From NCBI GenBank assembly GCA_051532035.1, contig JAOPTW010000055.1, positions 1 to 43,131 on the forward strand: DNA of 43,131 nt, written 5' to 3'. The position numbers and the translations under genes are program-made. The notes beneath the pieces are model-generated. The model was given only the letters and a program-made list of their open reading frames with translations. It did not search any database and was not told the origin of the DNA. Origin of the DNA: Fibrobacterales bacterium. Lineage in GTDB: Bacteria; Fibrobacterota; Fibrobacteria; Fibrobacterales; JAOPTW01. Positions 37,078 to 43,131 of this stretch are shown piece after piece (within the stretch, counting starts at the first letter, position 1; every line of letters starts with the position of its first letter).

Positions 37078-39195
37078 CTATTGTATGATGAAAGTATCAA
37101 TTGAGTTTTCTAATAGTAAATAACGTCCCGTTTCAGCAGCTAATACATACATGTAAGAAACGTCATCTAGTTGAAATGATTCGAAGTGTGTCCATGATTT
37201 ATCTTCGGGAGGTAAATTAAAGAGGTCATTATACATATTCCACTTCGTGTAGGAAAGGTCTGGCGTCGATATCCACGAAGAACAAGTTTCTCTTGGATCA
37301 TGTTTTAATTTGTAAGTGGCGCTGATATAGGGAGTTTTTGAAAAGGCAAACACGTAGGTATTCAGGCCAATAGGGATCATCTTAATTGTGAGTGGGTAGT
37401 TGCTTTTTGGAGTTTCAGCAGCATTAGTATTTTCAAATTCGAAATAATCATAACAAGTGTAAGTGCTTAAAATTTCATTACTTATTCCAATAATTTGAAT
37501 TGCCGATCCAAGAAATTGGGACCCCGATTCAAGAAATTGAGTTTCCTCAAGGTTTGGGGGGCTTAAAATTAGGACTTCTTGTTTATTGATATGTCCTAAA
37601 TTTATTTTATTCCATCTTAAATCTCGTATCAGGGGGTAATAGGGTAAGCTCAGTCTTTCAAAGGAGTTTGATGAAGAGTTACCGAGAGGTAATTCGATAT
37701 AACGTACGTATAGACTTTGAGGCTTAAGAGCTGCAATAAATTTCCTTTCGTTGTCGGTGTAAAAAGCAAAACTGGTAAGTTTTGTATCAAATATAATTAA
37801 GAATTTTAGTTCACTGATATAACCATTTTTCAAAGTATAAAAATGAGCAGAGCCAGTAGTGTCGTTGTAGAGAAAGAGATAGTGAGTGTCGTTATTTGTA
37901 AATGTTTGTAGATACGTCCAAGGAGATATGTGGAGTGAATCTTCTGATACGTTGTTGTACTCAGAAATGGACAGAATTTGGTTTTGACCAGAGTTAAATC
38001 CACTTATGTCTATACTGTTACTGTTGGAATTACCTCGAATGATATAGGCGGTTTCATCTGTTGTATAGATGCTGGTTGTTGTCCAAGGCAAGTCGCTATC
38101 ATTATCGCCATAAGTTACCACTGATTGCGAAAGTATTTCGTAAGAATCAGTAGCTGTAGAAGTATCCTGTATGGTGGTATATCGCTCTTTAGTATGGGTA
38201 AATGTTGAGTCATTTACTATGAATTTAATGTTCCCCCATATGGCATTCATCCAGGTAGTGGTTGATTGGTTATGGGTAATAAGGGTTAGAGAATGAGCGT
38301 TTTTAATATTGACTTTAAGAGTAATGGGCCACGATAAAAACCTCATAGTTGGACTTTGGTAAATAGTGTCGTTATTATTTGTCACAATAGTAAACGTTGT
38401 AGCGGCATATAAATGATAAGCAGTTTTAAAAGGATAAGCAGTTATAGTTGGAGTATCATCGCTTAAAATTCCAAGGGTTACCTCAAATGTTTTCCATTGA
38501 TCATTAAGAGAGAAATGTGTCTCCTGAATTTGAGAAGGGTTACGGTTATCTATGTGTGAGGTCAAAAGAATCCCAGTAGAAATTGGTTCTCCATGTAGTT
38601 CGAGTGAGGCTATGTCAGGGTATTCAAAATAAGTATGATATCCACTTGAAGGGGTTATAGAGTCAATGAGTTCAGTTGAAAAATATGTTGTGTCAGAGAG
38701 AGAATCAGCTTCGGGATTAATGGATACTATTTCATCATTGTTGTTGGATGAAACATTTAGGGTCTGTGCTGACGAAGGTGTATCATAATTATTGATTATA
38801 GTGTAGTAGATCTCAATAGTAATATTGATAATAATAGTTACGTTAGTTGTATTTCCATCAAATACTTCAATATGTGATTTTTCAGCAATGTTCTTATTGC
38901 CATAATTGATATTGATTGAATAGTTTCCAGCTTCAAGACTGTCGAATATTATTTCAGTGAGATTATTGATTGTTACTGAGTCTATGAATATCGATTCTGT
39001 AGATTGGTTGCCTGATGACTTAAAGAGGTATGCTGTTTTTTGAACGGTATCAGGGATAGAGTCTGATGAATTCTCTTCAACTAGTTCGACTGCAATAGTG
39101 CCATTATTCGTAGTAGTTGATATTCCGGCTTGGTTAGTGTCACCACAGAAAACGATGAACAATGATGTAAGTAGGAGTATTAAGGGTTTTAGCAT
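37078..39195 (-). CDS. Large lipoprotein with probable NPCBM/NEW2-like domain
   Basis: Lipobox-like IVFCG followed by AGISTTTNNG; FSLNDQWKTFEVTLGI...YQSPTMR...LKVNIKNAHSLTL...AIWGN resembles NPCBM. Confidence 0.6.
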   Translation of the reverse strand: MLKPLILLLTSLFIVFCGDTNQAGISTTTNNGTIAVELVEENSSDSIPDTVQKTAYLFKSSGNQSTESIFIDSVTINNLTEIIFDSLEAGNYSININYGNKNIAEKSHIEVFDGNTTNVTIIINITIEIYYTIINNYDTPSSAQTLNVSSNNNDEIVSINPEADSLSDTTYFSTELIDSITPSSGYHTYFEYPDIASLELHGEPISTGILLTSHIDNRNPSQIQETHFSLNDQWKTFEVTLGILSDDTPTITAYPFKTAYHLYAATTFTIVTNNNDTIYQSPTMRFLSWPITLKVNIKNAHSLTLITHNQSTTTWMNAIWGNIKFIVNDSTFTHTKERYTTIQDTSTATDSYEILSQSVVTYGDNDSDLPWTTTSIYTTDETAYIIRGNSNSNSIDISGFNSGQNQILSISEYNNVSEDSLHISPWTYLQTFTNNDTHYLFLYNDTTGSAHFYTLKNGYISELKFLIIFDTKLTSFAFYTDNERKFIAALKPQSLYVRYIELPLGNSSSNSFERLSLPYYPLIRDLRWNKINLGHINKQEVLILSPPNLEETQFLESGSQFLGSAIQIIGISNEILSTYTCYDYFEFENTNAAETPKSNYPLTIKMIPIGLNTYVFAFSKTPYISATYKLKHDPRETCSSWISTPDLSYTKWNMYNDLFNLPPEDKSWTHFESFQLDDVSYMYVLAAETGRYLLLENSIDTFIIQ

Positions 39196-39310
39196 AGCTC
39201 TTGATCAAATAGGGGGAAGTAAAAGCTAGAATTATAAAAGTGATAGTTGTGTAAAATTGACTTTACTCAGCTGGTAGGGACTAAAAGGGGTTACAGAAGA
39301 ACTGATTGGA

Positions 39311-40153
39311 TCACTTTTTGACTGATAAAGGAAAGAAGACAAGGTCCATTTCGAATACTCTCTCGGCACCCTTTTCGTGATCAGTGGCTATTTTCACGAG
39401 CTTACCGTAAAAATCACTCATTAAAGCATTAAGTGCAGTAACGCCTTCATCATTAATACATAAGGTTGAGCACTGTATATTGCGTTCATCTTTGTGAAAG
39501 CGTTCGATAGACTCTGAACCCAGTGTTATCATCTTCTTTTGGTGGTTTCTTATCGCTAATGAACGGGGCATAAAAGGGGGAGTTTCGATGGAATGCTCTG
39601 TTTGAGAGTAGGTAACTCCAGTTTTGGTGTTCTTCTTTTTAATCAAATTCAGATCAAGGAGCAGTTTTACTGCATGCTTCGCTTGTTGAGTGGTGATGGT
39701 TGGTTTAAGCTGAGATGCAAGTTTTTTGAAATCATCATTGAAGTCGGAAAATACAACCATCTCACGAATTGCCGAAATATACCAGCTTTCCAGATATTCT
39801 GTATGGATTCGCTCAAGGTTATAGGCGGGGTTTGCTGGTTTAAGGTGGAGGAGTTGATCGCGGTAATACTCTTTTTGCATATCGTCGGTTGCATTGTCGA
39901 ATTGTATCAAGGCTTCTAAATAGCGGATCTCGTTCTTTTTAAGAACCATTGCTTTTGCCAGCTTGAGGAGTGAGTCAGTTGATATTTTTTTTCTTCCTGC
40001 AATAACGTTTGCTATAAATGCTTTGGACTTAAATCCGGCTTTGTTTGCAAAATATTGGTATGAGAAAATGGGGTTTACTTCTTTTTCCTTATTAAACCAA
40101 TCGGTGAGAAACTCTTTATAACTCCAGTAATCATAGATGGTTATTCCGCTCAT
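39311..40153 (-). CDS. TIGR02147-family protein (Fibrobacter paralogous family, HTH + DUF4423-like)
   Basis: IYDYWSYKEFLTDWF, FSYQYFANKAGFKS, WYISAIREM, AIRNHQ, ERNI and FFPLS. Confidence 0.88.
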   Translation of the reverse strand: MSGITIYDYWSYKEFLTDWFNKEKEVNPIFSYQYFANKAGFKSKAFIANVIAGRKKISTDSLLKLAKAMVLKKNEIRYLEALIQFDNATDDMQKEYYRDQLLHLKPANPAYNLERIHTEYLESWYISAIREMVVFSDFNDDFKKLASQLKPTITTQQAKHAVKLLLDLNLIKKKNTKTGVTYSQTEHSIETPPFMPRSLAIRNHQKKMITLGSESIERFHKDERNIQCSTLCINDEGVTALNALMSDFYGKLVKIATDHEKGAERVFEMDLVFFPLSVKK

Positions 40154-40596
40154 AAGACTCCCTCATAAATGTATGCGTGTATATATAGAAGATATATAAT
40201 GTAAAAATTAGATGGGTGTTTCAAATCCCTTATAATCGTTTACCAATGGGAAACGGCAATAGGAGTAGTGGCCTCCTTTCTTATAAATGTATCCCACTGA
40301 ATAAGTAAATTTTTGGTCATAATATACCGAGTAGCCATGATTGTCAGGATCAAACTATCAGGGGAATTATAGGGAATGCAGTTCAAAAAGCGACATTAAC
40401 TGTATTATACGTATTAACAGTAAACAGGGTAATACCATGACAATAACAGGATCACGACCGGGCGCAACAAAAAAACATATTACAAATAATAATAGCCGAT
40501 CATGATGGAGTAATAGTGATTGTACGCACGGCACCCTCTATTTTAGAACGTACCCAAAGTATGTGGGACAGAGTATTGCTCTATAGCTTTCTGGTA

Positions 40597-41142
40597 TTAT
40601 ACCTCAAACAATAACTTGAAGCCTATAAGGATAAGAAGAACACCGCCAGCTAATTCTGCGTTATGGCCTATCTTGTTTCCTATCAGGCGCCCTATTTTAA
40701 GCCCTAAGAGAGAAAATATGAAGGTGATACCAGTTATGAGAATGACCGCCCAATAGATATCTACCTGAATGACAGCAAAACCTATTCCTATTGCAAAGGC
40801 ATCGATACTCGTTGCAATTGATTGGAGGAGTACCGTCGATACTTTGAGGTTTTTAACGGTATCGGTATCGCTAGAAAAACTTTCATAGACCATTTTTAAA
40901 CCAATGATTGCAAGCAACCCAAAAGCAATCCAGTTGTCAAAGGATTCAATATATGGTGCAACTTCTCTGCCGAGTAACCACCCAAGATAGGGCATAAGGC
41001 CCTGACACAGAGCAAAGGAGGCTGCTGTTGTAATAAGTACTTTTCTTTTGAGGTGAGGAAAGTTAAGGCCATTTGATACGGACACCGCAAAGGAATCCAT
41101 AGAAAGGCTCAGAGAAATTAACACTAATGAAAAGATATCCAC
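40597..41142 (-). CDS. mntP: Manganese efflux pump MntP family
   Basis: SLSMDSFAVS, DNWIAFGLL, ATSIDAFAIG and AELAGGVLLILIG; start trimmed to GTG 41142. Confidence 0.88.
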   Translation of the reverse strand: MDIFSLVLISLSLSMDSFAVSVSNGLNFPHLKRKVLITTAASFALCQGLMPYLGWLLGREVAPYIESFDNWIAFGLLAIIGLKMVYESFSSDTDTVKNLKVSTVLLQSIATSIDAFAIGIGFAVIQVDIYWAVILITGITFIFSLLGLKIGRLIGNKIGHNAELAGGVLLILIGFKLLFEV

Positions 41143-41175
41143 AGTACGTCCAGGGTTATGTTTTAGATAACAACT

Positions 41176-41219
41176 ACTTTGATTGTCAAAGTTATTAATT
41201 ATATTTTGATAATCAAAGT
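41176..41219. promoter_or_regulatory. Tandem palindromic operators, probably bound by the MarR regulator
   Basis: ACTTTGATTGTCAAAGT (41176-41192) and ATTTTGATAATCAAAGT (41203-41219) in the 90-bp divergent region. Confidence 0.75.
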
Positions 41220-41232
41220 AAATGAGGCCCTT

Positions 41233-41640
41233 TTGGAAAACTTTAGTGAAAATATCGTGGAATTTTACGAGCGACTCTCCTCTTGGGAGCAGGCTGTGGT
41301 CAAAGATAGTGGTCTGACGCTCCAACAGATGCACACGATTGAAATTATTGGAAATCATGGCACTCTAAAAATGAAGGAGTTAGCTTCTAAATTAGGTGTT
41401 GTTATGGGGACTCTTACGGTAATGATTAATCGGTTATCCCAAATGGGTCTGGTAGAACGCAAAAGTTCAAAAGATGACAAGCGTTCATTTATTATTTCAT
41501 TAACCAAAGCCGGAAACGCTCTCCATGAAGAGCATCATGAGCATCATGATGTGTTGGCAGAAGAATTAAGCTCTCACATTACGGTGAGTGAACGAAAGAC
41601 CTTTAATACCATACTCACGAAATTACTTAAAAATATGTAG
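41233..41640 (+). CDS. MarR-family regulator with His-rich metal site
   Basis: LTLQQMHTIE, MKELA..LGV..GTLT, DKRS and HEEHHEHH; TTG 41233 after GAGG. Confidence 0.88.
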   Translation: MENFSENIVEFYERLSSWEQAVVKDSGLTLQQMHTIEIIGNHGTLKMKELASKLGVVMGTLTVMINRLSQMGLVERKSSKDDKRSFIISLTKAGNALHEEHHEHHDVLAEELSSHITVSERKTFNTILTKLLKNM

Positions 41641-41650
41641 GATAGTTGTT

Positions 41651-42544
41651 ATGCACTGTGATCAATTACATAAAGAAATAGGTTCAAATAAGAATCAAAC
41701 AAAAACGCTCATTGTCATCATCATAACGGTGATTATGATGGTTGTTGAAATTACCACTGGCCTACTGTTTGGCTCTATTGCACTCTTGTCTGATGGTATC
41801 CATATGGGGACCCACACTTTTGCCTTACTGATAACGTTTATCGCCTATGTTATCTCAAGACGGTATGCACAAAATACTAATTTTACTTTTGGTACCGGCA
41901 AGGTTGGTATACTGGGTGGGTACTCCTCAGCGATAGTGTTAATCATTGCCGCTTTTGCTATGGGGGCCGAATCGATTCAGCGGTTTTTTAATCCCGTAGA
42001 AATTCAGTTTAACCAATCGATTATGGTTGCATGTATTGGGCTTGTAATAAACCTCATAAGTGCGTGGTTGTTGAAGGATGATCATCACCATCATGACCAT
42101 GATCACGACCATGGACACGGGCATCACCACGATCATAATTTAAAAGCGGCGTATCTTCATGTACTTGCCGATGCGTTAACATCGGTCCTTGCTATTGGTG
42201 CACTCCTAGCCGGTAAATTTTATAATGCCAATTGGCTTGACCCAGTGGTAGGTATTGCAGGTGCAATTGTTGTGACGAAATGGGGGTATGGTCTTCTTAA
42301 AACAACGGGTTCTATTCTTCTGGATCATACTTCAAGCTCTACACTAAAAGATGTGGTGCTCTCTACGGTTTCAGTAGACCCTGAAGCAGCGGTGACCGAT
42401 TTGCATATATGGCAAGTGGGGAGTGGGAAGCATGCACTGATCTGTACTATTGATGGGTGCGCTTCTGAGGATGTAAGGAGTGGCATTACAGCAAAGCTTA
42501 AGGGTAATAGATCGTTTGATCATGTGACGGTTGAATTTAGTTAA
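41651..42544 (+). CDS. dmeF: CDF-family Co/Ni efflux transporter (DmeF-like)
   Basis: SDGIHMGTH, FTFGTGKV, His-rich loop, HNLKAAYLHVLADALTS and DLHIW. Confidence 0.85.
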   Translation: MHCDQLHKEIGSNKNQTKTLIVIIITVIMMVVEITTGLLFGSIALLSDGIHMGTHTFALLITFIAYVISRRYAQNTNFTFGTGKVGILGGYSSAIVLIIAAFAMGAESIQRFFNPVEIQFNQSIMVACIGLVINLISAWLLKDDHHHHDHDHDHGHGHHHDHNLKAAYLHVLADALTSVLAIGALLAGKFYNANWLDPVVGIAGAIVVTKWGYGLLKTTGSILLDHTSSSTLKDVVLSTVSVDPEAAVTDLHIWQVGSGKHALICTIDGCASEDVRSGITAKLKGNRSFDHVTVEFS

Positions 42545-42587
42545 GTAATCGTTTAAATTTCCCTATGAAATATCAGAGAGGCCCTAC

Positions 42588-43131
42588 GTGAATTTTATAA
42601 GTGATATTCTACATCTTGATCCTGAAAAGAACAGTACTGATTTTATCTTAGCGCAAAGTGCACTTACCACGCGGTCGGTTAAAAAAGGGGAGGTCTTGGT
42701 ACGAGAAGGTGAATGTGCAACCAAGGTCTTTTTTGTGAAAAAAGGACTTCTTCGTGCTTATAGCCTCGATGATAATGGAAAAGAGCATATCTTTTTATTT
42801 GCTCCCGAAGGATGGATCGTTTCAGATGGTGAAGCCGTTACTGCTGAAGCGCCTTCAAATCTCTCTATTGATGCTATAGAGGATTCAGAATTAGATGTTA
42901 TCGATAAAGTAATTTTACAAGATGTTATCTTATCAACGCAAGGAACCGAGGAGCTGCTTTTGAATCTTAGGAGAAGGATAGCAGTACTTCAAAAACGCGT
43001 TATTATGCTGATGAGCTCTCCTGTTGTGGAACGCTATAAAGACTTTATTAAAACGTATCCGGATATTATTCAGCGGGCTCCCCAGCGAATGATTGCATCG
43101 TATTTAGGGGTTACTCCAGAGGCCTTGAGTA
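42588..43131 (+). CDS. Crp/Fnr-family regulator (3' end runs off the window)
   Basis: Absent from the ORF track. GTG after GAGG; KKGEVLVREGE..FFVKKGLLRAY..GKEHI..FAPEGW...IASYLGVTPEALS. Confidence 0.88.
   Translation, partial: MNFISDILHLDPEKNSTDFILAQSALTTRSVKKGEVLVREGECATKVFFVKKGLLRAYSLDDNGKEHIFLFAPEGWIVSDGEAVTAEAPSNLSIDAIEDSELDVIDKVILQDVILSTQGTEELLLNLRRRIAVLQKRVIMLMSSPVVERYKDFIKTYPDIIQRAPQRMIASYLGVTPEALS

Noticed and set aside
41143..41232. yybP-ykoY Mn riboswitch before mntP
   Set aside because: Only 90 AT-rich bp, mostly occupied by operators; no recognisable aptamer.

Overview
AT-rich bacterial chromosomal segment, most likely Fibrobacterota. This is inferred from a TIGR02147-family gene paired with a lipoprotein, Ser-rich lipoprotein linkers and T9SS-like C-terminal tails; nqrA suggests a Na+-using or marine organism. 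It carries housekeeping genes (nqrA partial, murB, ychF, rpiA, slyD, rlmH), two beta-1,3-glucanase lipoproteins (GH64, GH16), a PfkB kinase/amylosucrase pair, a c-di-GMP signalling region, a flgM-like gene with a sigma28 promoter, a multi-Kazal lipoprotein, an arsS/arsM arsenosugar-type cluster and a metal-efflux locus (mntP, MarR, dmeF). No rRNA, tRNA, CRISPR or transposase was seen. The best unannotated signals are: (1) a promoter motif TGTAAG-N17-KACTAA repeated with identical spacing before four transcription units in 30-37 kb, which suggests an ECF-sigma regulon adding an outer-membrane protein and a second GT2 to the arsenosugar system; (2) a complete sigma54 promoter (UAS, IHF, -24/-12) driving a ~125-nt four-way-junction RNA with C-rich loops at 14930-15058; (3) two ERIC/RPE-like ~108-bp elements with a conserved core but fully covaried stems; (4) a ~36-nt-period hairpin array; and (5) a 14-unit 21-22-bp phased repeat array. 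All family calls come from motif recognition by eye; no searches were run.
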